64,000 nt of DNA. Origin: a virus. The stretch is taken from the IMG/VR virus record IMGVR_UViG_3300008262_000016; one strand, 5' to 3'. This document shows, piece after piece, positions 55,800-64,000 of this stretch (position 1 is its first letter; every line of letters begins with the position of its first letter). A model generated the notes under the pieces. The model made no database searches. It had not been told where the DNA came from and saw nothing but the letters and a program-made list of their open reading frames with translations. Both the position numbers and the translations under genes were made by a program.

Positions 55800-56213
55800 T
55801 CAGCGGAATTCAGTAAGACCATTATTTTGACGGGAGTAGTGTCCGTCGAAGTGAAGCAGAAGCATAGCATAGTGAATGACTTTGAGGAGGTCACGCTTAT
55901 TGCGTCCATCTTTATCACCATAGCGGCTCCCATACTTTAGGATGTTTGCCTGACAGAAACCAGGAGCAAGATCTTTTGCAGCCATCAGGTCAATAGTTTG
56001 AATATCTTGGTATTCTTGGTTGTGACCACAATAGTGGCTTCCATAAGTGCTGGTCACATAGTCCTGAATATCTTTCAGGATTTTATCTTCGTTATATTTC
56101 CAGAGATGATTAGTATTTTCAGGCATAGTAACAGGGATTTTTTCAAGGTTAAGTGTACCACCACTATTATCAGTCATGGTGAATTGATAATCTGAATAAG
56201 GATACTCGTCCAT
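55800..56213 (-). CDS. conserved T4-like protein (DUF3310-like)
   Basis: TY..HY...N.LKY..RYG.K...DL.K..HY. Confidence 0.75.
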   Translation of the reverse strand: MDEYPYSDYQFTMTDNSGGTLNLEKIPVTMPENTNHLWKYNEDKILKDIQDYVTSTYGSHYCGHNQEYQDIQTIDLMAAKDLAPGFCQANILKYGSRYGDKDGRNKRDLLKVIHYAMLLLHFDGHYSRQNNGLTEFR

Positions 56214-56251
56214 AATAAAGGGAAGGCGCATTTTTACCTTCCCCAATTATA

Positions 56252-57340
56252 TCAGAAAGGTGCTTCTTGGTCAACGGGCATTTGGAAATCAGCATCCACC
56301 TTATCATACAGTTCAAGGAATGCTTGCTTGGTTTCATCATCAAAGCGGTTCACACACACTTGGATTGCCTTTGCCTTGTCTTGGAAGATGCTGTAAGCAC
56401 GGATGATGTGAATCAAACGGCGGGTGCTGATGATTTCCTCAATACCGCCATCATAGAAGGTCTTGCGGATGATGTCTGCCCAGTCCACCAGACGCTTACA
56501 GAACTGACGGTCTTCCACACCAAGGTCCAGAGCGATGCCTTCCAGGATCTTCTGCTCAATAGCAGGAGCGGGATAGGACTGCTCAAAGGTCACAGGGAAG
56601 CGTTCCAGGAATGCTTCGTTCAGAACATTAGTGCCGATGAAGCGACCATCATCAGAACCCTTACCCTTGGTGTTTGCGGTGGCGATCACATTGAAACCAG
56701 CGGCAGGTTTGACCCAGCGACCAATCTTCTTAAGGAACACACCCTTACCTTCAAGAATAGATTGGAGACACAGAATCTTGTTGGAAGCAAGGTCAATCTC
56801 ATCCAGCAGGAGAATAGCACCACGCTCAAGTGCCTCAATCACAGGACCATTGTGCCAAGCAGTGTTACCATCCACAAGACGGAAACCACCAATCAAGTCA
56901 TCCTCATCGGTCTCAATGGTAATGTTTACACGAATCAACTCACGCTTCAGTTGGGCACAAGCTTGCTCAACAGAGAAAGTTTTACCGTTACCAGAGAGTC
57001 CCGTAATGAAAGTAGGATAGAAAAGACGGGACTCAATAATCTTGCGAATATCACCAAAGTTACCAAACTTGACGAAGGTATCATCTTTTTCAGGGATAAG
57101 GTTTTGCTCAACAGCAGGAATAGCAGCAGGTGCTTTTACAACCTGCTCAAACTGCTCTCGTGCCTCTTGGATGGTCAGATTCCACTTACCACGACCAGTC
57201 TTATATTGATCAAGTTTTTTCGTAACAGTTTGATAGTTAGCACCATTCATAGCACACCATCCACGAACATCAGCAGCAGTAACGGACTCACCGTAAACTG
57301 CCTGAAGAGAAGTGATGATGTAGTCAGCGGAAATGGTCAT
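56252..57340 (-). CDS. cobS: CobS-like / MoxR-type AAA+ ATPase
   Basis: GLSGNGKT, DEDDLIGG, LLDE, TANTKG, AFLERF. Confidence 0.9.
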   Translation of the reverse strand: MTISADYIITSLQAVYGESVTAADVRGWCAMNGANYQTVTKKLDQYKTGRGKWNLTIQEAREQFEQVVKAPAAIPAVEQNLIPEKDDTFVKFGNFGDIRKIIESRLFYPTFITGLSGNGKTFSVEQACAQLKRELIRVNITIETDEDDLIGGFRLVDGNTAWHNGPVIEALERGAILLLDEIDLASNKILCLQSILEGKGVFLKKIGRWVKPAAGFNVIATANTKGKGSDDGRFIGTNVLNEAFLERFPVTFEQSYPAPAIEQKILEGIALDLGVEDRQFCKRLVDWADIIRKTFYDGGIEEIISTRRLIHIIRAYSIFQDKAKAIQVCVNRFDDETKQAFLELYDKVDADFQMPVDQEAPF

Positions 57341-57365
57341 TGAGTGGTTTTGTTTAACTGAAGTT

Positions 57366-57420
57366 ATTATATACGGAAAAGGGGGTCACAAGGACCCCCA
57401 GTGGACAGTTTGGAAATTGG
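57366..57420 (-). promoter_or_regulatory. phage early-type promoter motif
   Basis: CAAACTGTCCACTGGG, hairpin, TATAAT; identical 16-mer at 59795-59810. Confidence 0.65.
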
Positions 57421-57601
57421 ACTATCACTTTCTTCGAAGAGTCTTTTTAGCAGACTTATATGGGACAGGTGGTTTTAATTCTACTGGTTCTGGAGTAGTT
57501 GACTCAATAACTGGTTTGATATCTTCTTTAGAAACATCTGAGTTTGAAAATAAATCGGAAAATCTACTCATTAGAGTTATTGGAATTCTTTGAAATATTT
57601 A

Positions 57602-59743
57602 TCAAGCAACGAGTTCTACAAACTCTCCAAGAATCTTTTTGTTCATCTTCTTGGACTTAAGACTCTTCACAAATGCAGATTTGATTTGAGTCTTGGTAGC
57701 ATCTTCGGCAACTTCAAATTCAGCATCTTGTGCGAGAGCATTTGCCGAAAGTCCAAAGTAAGCATTATACCCAGACTTCTTAATAGTAAATGCTTTTTCT
57801 TTCTTCCAAATGCTCATGGTCTTCTCAAAGTCTGGTCCATAATATCCACAATAACGACGGATAAAGGAACCAGCATCACGGGAAGCAAGCACACGAATAC
57901 CAATGAAGTTCATGTCCTTAAACTTATCCCGCAGATTTTGAAGAAGAACATCAGTAAACTCATACCACTCACAATCAAGCGAATAAGTCATACCAGTCTT
58001 ACGATCACGCAAGAAGGCATTAGGTCCAATATATGCAGTGCCCATAAAAGGATCATCTTCCCAGCGGCGTTGAACTTCACGGTGATATTTGGGCATTGCT
58101 GCCTCACCATCGGTTAGAACAACACACTGAATCTTTTGAAGTTTGTTCTCTTGTTGGAACTTAGGAAGAATCTGATGAAGAGCGATCAAGGTCTCATTAA
58201 GAGGAGTACCAGAGAGACTCAAACCATAAGGAATAGTATAGCGAGCATGAGAGTTCCAACGAAACGCAGTAGCAAGACGAAAGATATTCTTCATCTGCTC
58301 TTCCAAAGTTTTAGCATTGGTCTTGCTGGTGAGCATATTCATCAGCGAGAACCATTCACCAACTTGAACCAGTCCATCTTTTTTGGTATAAGCAAGTTCA
58401 CGGAGGTTTGCCTTGTTGTCCTCATCATACTTCACCAGAGGATAATCACTGGTAAAGGCATAAACATCAAAGGGGATAGCAACTTTCTTACAGAACCACA
58501 CAAGGTTGAAGAGTTGCTTGACGGTATCCAGCATCACATCACTCATTGAACCAGACCAGTCAAGGATGAACACCAGACCATGATTCTTACCATCAGCAAG
58601 AGTGGTGACTTTCTTAAAGAGATCTTCGTTATATTTGTAGGTATGAAGTTTAGTGCAGTCCAGAACTCCAGTGCGGGCAGTAGAAGCACGAGCATATGAA
58701 TCTGCTGCCTTGCGGCACTCAAACTCTTTGACCAGATAGTTTACTTCTTTCTGGGCAGAACGCTTGAACTCCACGAACTTTTTATCAACTTCACCAAAGA
58801 TTTCGTCAGATGTGAACTCCTTATCTTCCAACCAGGAGTTCCAATATTCCCTACACTTATCATGAATTTCAGCATTAGGGACAATAACTTTATCCAAATC
58901 AAGTTTGGGCAACTCAAGGTAAACATTCTCCTGCCCGTTTTGTTCAACCAAATCTTTGAGTGCTTCTTCAAGTGAATCCATAGTTTTCACTTCTGGTTCA
59001 TCAATCTCACCACCAGTAGAGGTAGGTCTCTGCTGCTCCTGTTCGGCAGTTCCACCATAAGAGTCAGTATCACCAGGTTGCTCCTGGTCACTTTCATTCT
59101 CACCCTCAGGTTGATCGGAGAAGTCAGATGCAGGTTGGTTACCACCAGTTTGCTGAGACTCCAAAGAGTCCATCTGAGTTTTGGTTTCTTCCTGCTGCTT
59201 TGCCTTGCAAAACCTATAAAGTTTCCAAGCAGCAGCAAGAACATCAACAAAAGTTTCAGTCTCTCCAATCAGAGAAACAAGTTCTTTCTCATCATCCTCA
59301 AAAGGAATATCCACAAAGTTGCCGATTTTATAATATAGATTTACCTTATCAGCAAGATTATAAGTAGTAAGATCGTCATCAGCAATCTGAAAGAAGTCTT
59401 GCTCCGCAAGTTCTTCATAACCTTTATAGAAGGTCTTAGAAAGACCAGCATAACGACGCTTCATCAGTTTCTCAATGCGAGCATCCTCAACCACGTTCAC
59501 AAACTGGGGAGGAATCTTGTGAGTCTCCAACCAGTTTTCATCTGGAGTGTAGAGAGCATGACCAACCTCGTGACCCACCAGAAGGTCATAGACGGTGCTG
59601 CTTGCCTTTTCCCACATAGGCAGAGTCAGAACACGAGTATGGACGTTAAAACAAGCAGTCTCCACTTTCTTGTGCTCAACCACAAGATCTTCGGTAGCAA
59701 GCAGCTTAGCGAGTTGAGACTTGATTTCGTGGCTGACGGGCAT
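57602..59743 (-). CDS. HExxH metallopeptidase-like plus VWA domain protein (CobT-like partner)
   Basis: HEVGH, NVVEDARIE, DWSGSM, GTPL, LTDG. Confidence 0.88.
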   Translation of the reverse strand: MPVSHEIKSQLAKLLATEDLVVEHKKVETACFNVHTRVLTLPMWEKASSTVYDLLVGHEVGHALYTPDENWLETHKIPPQFVNVVEDARIEKLMKRRYAGLSKTFYKGYEELAEQDFFQIADDDLTTYNLADKVNLYYKIGNFVDIPFEDDEKELVSLIGETETFVDVLAAAWKLYRFCKAKQQEETKTQMDSLESQQTGGNQPASDFSDQPEGENESDQEQPGDTDSYGGTAEQEQQRPTSTGGEIDEPEVKTMDSLEEALKDLVEQNGQENVYLELPKLDLDKVIVPNAEIHDKCREYWNSWLEDKEFTSDEIFGEVDKKFVEFKRSAQKEVNYLVKEFECRKAADSYARASTARTGVLDCTKLHTYKYNEDLFKKVTTLADGKNHGLVFILDWSGSMSDVMLDTVKQLFNLVWFCKKVAIPFDVYAFTSDYPLVKYDEDNKANLRELAYTKKDGLVQVGEWFSLMNMLTSKTNAKTLEEQMKNIFRLATAFRWNSHARYTIPYGLSLSGTPLNETLIALHQILPKFQQENKLQKIQCVVLTDGEAAMPKYHREVQRRWEDDPFMGTAYIGPNAFLRDRKTGMTYSLDCEWYEFTDVLLQNLRDKFKDMNFIGIRVLASRDAGSFIRRYCGYYGPDFEKTMSIWKKEKAFTIKKSGYNAYFGLSANALAQDAEFEVAEDATKTQIKSAFVKSLKSKKMNKKILGEFVELVA

Positions 59744-59764
59744 CGGTCTGTTGCGTATGGACCT

Positions 59765-59820
59765 ATTATACAAAAAAAGGAGGTCCGAAGACCTCCCAGT
59801 GGACAGTTTGAAAAGTGTCC
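59765..59820 (-). promoter_or_regulatory. phage early-type promoter motif
   Basis: GGACACTTTTCAAACTGTCCACTGGG, hairpin, TATAAT. Confidence 0.65.
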
Positions 59821-60411
59821 TCAACGACCGAAATCTGGTCCTCCTGGATTAACACCAAATGGTAATTCTTTATCAAACTCTCTGCTTCTTTTTTTTGCTG
59901 ATGGAGGTGCTGGTTTTGCTGGTGCTGGTTTCTTTATCATTGATGAACTGGGGGCATTGTCTCTTGCACGATCCCTAGCGTAATCAAATGTACCCTTCAC
60001 ATTTTGTACTTTTTGTTTGAGAGTATCTACTCCCTTCTCAACAGTTCCAACTACTGTTCCAGCAGCTCTGGCCACATTATCTGCGGTTTGCCCAATCCAA
60101 CCCTCAACAATACTCTGTCTCCACTCTTCACTCATATTTGCCATAATAGCAAGAGCTGACTTGTTGGTATCAGCATAACCTTCAGCAACCAGATATTCTA
60201 AGAGGTAGTCAAAAAGATCAACCTCTTCTTTCATCTCATTTTCTTTCTCTTCTTTCTCTTTCTTTTCTTTCTTTTTCCCCTTCATTTTAGGAGTTTCTTC
60301 CTTATCACCACACTCCTCATCATCTTCCATCTCATCTTCCATTTCTTTGCCGTATCCTTCATAGATACTAGCATATGCTTCTTTAATAAGGCGAAGTTCT
60401 TTTGAATCCAT
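59821..60411 (-). CDS. probable internal head protein
   Basis: ATAAATA upstream; DLFDYLLEYLVAEGYADT module. Confidence 0.6.
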   Translation of the reverse strand: MDSKELRLIKEAYASIYEGYGKEMEDEMEDDEECGDKEETPKMKGKKKEKKEKEEKENEMKEEVDLFDYLLEYLVAEGYADTNKSALAIMANMSEEWRQSIVEGWIGQTADNVARAAGTVVGTVEKGVDTLKQKVQNVKGTFDYARDRARDNAPSSSMIKKPAPAKPAPPSAKKRSREFDKELPFGVNPGGPDFGR

Positions 60412-60438
60412 TTTCTTATAGTTTTTAGTTATTTATGT

Positions 60439-61227
60439 TTAAGCAATTTTTTTGGTATCAACTCTAGGAATACCATATGTTTTAGCGTGTATTTCCTTAC
60501 CAAGATTTTCAGCTTCTGCTGTTCTACCCTGCTTAATTAACTCACGATATTTTTGAACTTCAGGATCCGCTGGTTTTGCCGCTGGTCTCGCTACAGGTGG
60601 AACAACTCTTTTCCTTTCGACTGGTTTTGCTGCTACAGGTTCCACTGTTCTTGATTTTTCTAGTGGTGTTTCAGGCATTGGATCAATAGGATCAAATGTT
60701 GCCTTTGCCTTTGGTTTGGGCATTGGATCTATTGGATCAAATTTTACTCTTGTTTTTAAATAATTTTGGAATGGAGTTTCTTTAGATTGACGTGCTTTTA
60801 GTTCACCACTCACTCTTTCCCACTCTTTAGGATTTGCTGCCTTTGTTAATACATCTGCAGTTTTTGTAACAATTCCAGTTAAAAGTGCTCCACCAAGAAC
60901 AGACTTAGGAGATACCTTTAAAGATGGTTTTGGACTGACCGTTGGTGAAACCTTTGGAGGAGTTCCAATTTGGAATGCTGCTGGTTTTGGAGCAGGTTGA
61001 GTAGATGCTCCTCTAAAAATATTAGTTAAATTTGTAGGTCCTGATGGTGGTTTGATAGGCATTTTATCAATACCAGTCATCATTCTATACATTTTAGAAG
61101 CTATTTGCATTCCCTTCATCCAATTCTCATTGATGGTTGACATCATGAAAAGAGATTCTTCATTTGTATTTCCTTCTTCTACAAGTCTATTAAACACAAA
61201 ATCATATATGTCTTCTTTAATTTCCAT
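60439..61227 (-). CDS. probable internal head protein
   Basis: ATAAATA upstream; modules shared with 28022-29257; FDPIDPMP x2. Confidence 0.6.
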   Translation of the reverse strand: MEIKEDIYDFVFNRLVEEGNTNEESLFMMSTINENWMKGMQIASKMYRMMTGIDKMPIKPPSGPTNLTNIFRGASTQPAPKPAAFQIGTPPKVSPTVSPKPSLKVSPKSVLGGALLTGIVTKTADVLTKAANPKEWERVSGELKARQSKETPFQNYLKTRVKFDPIDPMPKPKAKATFDPIDPMPETPLEKSRTVEPVAAKPVERKRVVPPVARPAAKPADPEVQKYRELIKQGRTAEAENLGKEIHAKTYGIPRVDTKKIA

Positions 61228-61242
61228 CTTTCAAACTACTTT

Positions 61243-61386
61243 TTAGATATTTATTAAAAAAGAAGCGTCCCGTGAGAGACGCTTCTTGAGTGCTTGGCGA
61301 CGTGCCTTTGCTTGTCGGAGTGCTTGCGGTTTCAGTTTTCGCTTCTGCTCCTTTTTAGAGTGATGCTTCCAGTTTGGGACTTGCAT
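61243..61386 (-). CDS. small highly basic protein, absent from the ORF track
   Basis: MQVPNWKHHSKKEQKRKLKPQALRQAKARRQALKKRL; TAATG coupling to gp46. Confidence 0.6.
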   Translation of the reverse strand: MQVPNWKHHSKKEQKRKLKPQALRQAKARRQALKKRLSRDASFLINI

Positions 61387-63113
61387 TAGTCTTGTGTTGT
61401 TGAAGACATTTTACGGGAAAAACCTTTGACTTTCTCAAACCTTATGACACTTTCAAATTTGTCATGTAGGTCTGACTTATGGGAGATAACAAAAATATTA
61501 GCATCCTTAATCACATAGCGGATAATTTTAAGAAACTCATCAGTTCCAAAACCATCAAGAGAGGAATCAAATACCTCATCCATAATCAGCAGGTTTGTAT
61601 TAGCGGAGTTTTTGACTCTCGCCACTTCTCTCCAAGTGAAAAGTAGGGATAGGTCGATTCTCATTTTCTCACCCTCGCTAAAAGAAGAATATGAAAAGTC
61701 TTCGTGAATGGGTGACTTTACTGTTTCGTTAAACTCTTCGTCAAGATGGAAGTTTATATAAAAATCCATCATCTGAAGGTAACGATTTACCTGCTGATTT
61801 ATGAACGGAAGATACTTCTTAATGATCTTCGTTTTTACACCATCATCCTTAAGTAAGGAATAGGCAAAATCGTGATAGACGATTTCTTGTTTTCTATCTG
61901 AGAGGTCTTCGATTGTCTTTTGGAGATTTGTTCTAAATTCTTCTAGCTTCTCATGTTCAGAATTTCGGTTTGCAAGGTTCTCGGTAATTGTTTGAATTTC
62001 ATGCTCAAGATCTCTGATTTGTCTTTGGTTGAGACTAATCCGAGTATTGTTTTGAGAAATGCCATGCGTTAAATTTGTAATCTCCTGGGAAAGTGCGGTG
62101 AATTGACGCTCTCTCTCTTGTTCGAACTTTATTGTTTGTTCAAGTTCTTCATAACCATCCTTAAGTTCCTTTGCCTTATTTTGAGCGTCTGTAATTCTAT
62201 TTAACCGAAACTCTTCCTCAATACTTTGAGTACAGGTAGGGCAGACCGTATTTTCAGTAAAAAACTTATGCTCTTTGGTAATGGCAGATACCTTTTGAGA
62301 AATCTTTCCTTTGAGATTATTGAGCTTTACTAACTTATCTCCCGCTCCAATGACTTCCTCCTGTTCTTTTGCGAATGAATGAATCTTCTCTTCTATTACT
62401 CCATTCTCATCCATATAAATGCCAACTTCTTTATCAAGATTGGTAATCTTTTCTCTATTGGCGTTAATATTGGCATTTCCGCGATTTTCTAACTCTTCAA
62501 TAAAGTCTCTTTGCATCTTCATCTTATCTTTTAGAGTTTCTTTCTTCAACTCCAAAGATTTAACTTGCGTTTTCTTCTCTTTAATAGAATCTTTAAGGAT
62601 ATTATTCATCGCAGAGAAAATACGAATATCCAGAAGATCCTCAATAACCTCACGGCGATTAGAAGAAGTCAACTGCATAAAAGGTACAAAAGTACTACTA
62701 CCCAAAATCACAATCTGAGTAAATGACTTATAGTTTAGTTTGAGAATACTCTCTTCAAGGATACGCTGCATTGCGCGGTCATCTGCTTCACGATGAAGTG
62801 GAGTTCCATTAACCACAATATCAAACACAGAAGGTTTGATACCACGACGTACAAGATACTGACGACTATTAATACTAAACTCAATCTCAACCACACACTC
62901 GCGTTCATTGGTAGTATTCACCAACTGTGGTTTATTGATTTTACGATATGGTTTATTAAACAGTGCAAAAGTAAGTGCGTCCAAAATTGTGGACTTACCT
63001 GCACCATTTGTTCCAACAACAAGGTTAGTCCTATGTTGATTTAGTTCTACTTCCGTAAACTGATTACCTGTAGAAAGGAAATTACGCCAACGGATCTTTT
63101 GAAAGGTTATCAT
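61386..63113 (-). CDS. gp46: SbcC/Rad50-like recombination ATPase
   Basis: GTNGAGKST, CPTC hook, FSEGE, IMDE, ISH. Confidence 0.96.
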   Translation of the reverse strand: MITFQKIRWRNFLSTGNQFTEVELNQHRTNLVVGTNGAGKSTILDALTFALFNKPYRKINKPQLVNTTNERECVVEIEFSINSRQYLVRRGIKPSVFDIVVNGTPLHREADDRAMQRILEESILKLNYKSFTQIVILGSSTFVPFMQLTSSNRREVIEDLLDIRIFSAMNNILKDSIKEKKTQVKSLELKKETLKDKMKMQRDFIEELENRGNANINANREKITNLDKEVGIYMDENGVIEEKIHSFAKEQEEVIGAGDKLVKLNNLKGKISQKVSAITKEHKFFTENTVCPTCTQSIEEEFRLNRITDAQNKAKELKDGYEELEQTIKFEQERERQFTALSQEITNLTHGISQNNTRISLNQRQIRDLEHEIQTITENLANRNSEHEKLEEFRTNLQKTIEDLSDRKQEIVYHDFAYSLLKDDGVKTKIIKKYLPFINQQVNRYLQMMDFYINFHLDEEFNETVKSPIHEDFSYSSFSEGEKMRIDLSLLFTWREVARVKNSANTNLLIMDEVFDSSLDGFGTDEFLKIIRYVIKDANIFVISHKSDLHDKFESVIRFEKVKGFSRKMSSTTQD

Positions 63114-63372
63114 TCAATTTCGGGGGAATAACGATGTCGTTTGGTGTTATCACAGCATATCGATAATTATACATCCTGCACGTCCTAATAGCAAGTGCTC
63201 CATCAACTTCTACTACATCCATCTCAATATCTTCTTCATCTTCCTCAAGCATCATCGCATAGCGATTAGCATCATCTTCCTCTTCGAACAGAAACAAAAC
63301 TTTATTTCCTTTTTTATCTTGAACGGCATATGCACCGTCGTCTTTTCTGTCTCTAAGAGTGAGAAGAAACAT
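63082..63372 (-). CDS. conserved hypothetical protein (DUF3110-like)
   Basis: LFEEEDDA.RYA.ML...VIPP. Confidence 0.7.
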   Translation of the reverse strand: MFLLTLRDRKDDGAYAVQDKKGNKVLFLFEEEDDANRYAMMLEEDEEDIEMDVVEVDGALAIRTCRMYNYRYAVITPNDIVIPPKLNDNLSKDPLA

Positions 63373-64000
63373 TACTCAACCTCGCACGCTTGTGAATATA
63401 TCTTCTGCAGAATACCTTTGACGATAGACTTATCACATTCCATTTCTGCTTCATCAATATATCTATTCAAGATAGAAATTGTGTTTTCACTTTCTTCTAC
63501 TTCAAAGTCTTCACTTTCATGTATCTCAAAGTTTTCAACAATCTTGAGTTCTTGAATACCAGCGGAATAGAGTTTATCAATAAACTTTTCAAAGTCTTTT
63601 GGTTTACTCTTCTTCTTGACGATTACCTTAACGATCTTACCTTGATACTCACGGGCATCAAAGAGTTTATAGTTGGTATCATCGAAATAGATGTTATGAA
63701 AGATGCGATAGGGATTATTGACTGGGGTATGCTCTAAGGTCTCAGTATCAAAGATATGGAACCCACGAGTATCATTCACATCATTCCAATACATCTCATA
63801 AGGATTACCTAAGTAGAAGATTTTCCCGTTGTCCGATCGAGTGTGATAATGTCCCGAGAAGACAGTGGTGAACTTCTCAAATAGTTCGCACTCCATACCA
63901 TCTTCCATGACGTGCCCACGATGAGCTCTGAATCCGTTGAGCTCAAGGTGCCCCATCGCACAGTTGCTACGTGAAGCTTTAACAGATTTGATAGTGTTTT
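63372..64000 (-). CDS. gp47: SbcD/Mre11-like recombination nuclease, 3' part
   Basis: MGHLEL, SGHYH, YLG.PY, W.D, RGFH. Confidence 0.93.
   Translation of the reverse strand, partial: NTIKSVKASRSNCAMGHLELNGFRAHRGHVMEDGMECELFEKFTTVFSGHYHTRSDNGKIFYLGNPYEMYWNDVNDTRGFHIFDTETLEHTPVNNPYRIFHNIYFDDTNYKLFDAREYQGKIVKVIVKKKSKPKDFEKFIDKLYSAGIQELKIVENFEIHESEDFEVEESENTISILNRYIDEAEMECDKSIVKGILQKIYSQACEVE

Noticed and set aside
56267-57343. 358-aa plus-strand ORF
   Set aside because: Antisense shadow of cobS, explained by codon bias; no motifs or RBS. The same applies to most plus-strand ORFs in the track.
56252-59743. Cobalamin chelatase function for the cobS/cobT-like pair
   Set aside because: No cobN or other B12 genes; the name reflects distant homology only.
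1-64000. Stop-codon reassignment explaining the truncated genes
   Set aside because: Core genes are full length in the standard code, no suppressor tRNA is present, and the missing residues are absent from the DNA.

Overview
64 kb of a T4-like cyanomyovirus genome (probably freshwater Synechococcus/Cyanobium-infecting; inference from gene content), almost entirely on the minus strand. In order: a free-standing endonuclease, a photosynthesis/redox module (psbA with a partial group I intron, peroxiredoxin, two hli genes, ferredoxin), an 11-gene glycan-modification cluster, a tRNA-rich accessory region with an HNH endonuclease and two small OM beta-barrel genes, cell-wall hydrolases and an autotransporter-like gene, probable internal head proteins, nrdB/nrdA, and the T4 core replication block (gp61, mazG, gp41, uvsX, gp43, hsp20, regA, gp62, dam, gp44, speD, gp45, cobS, gp46, gp47). 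Nine tRNAs are present. Most notable: psbA is broken by loss of codons 331-336 plus the 5' half of its intron; nrdA lacks its essential C-terminus; a third clean in-frame deletion is suspected near 21926 (real defective genome or assembly artefact); several structured RNA leaders and host-regulator-like boxes (HLR1, Pho, ROSE-like); modular proteins with T4 capsid-targeting-like signals, including a nucleotidyltransferase. All family calls are by motif recognition only; no searches were run.
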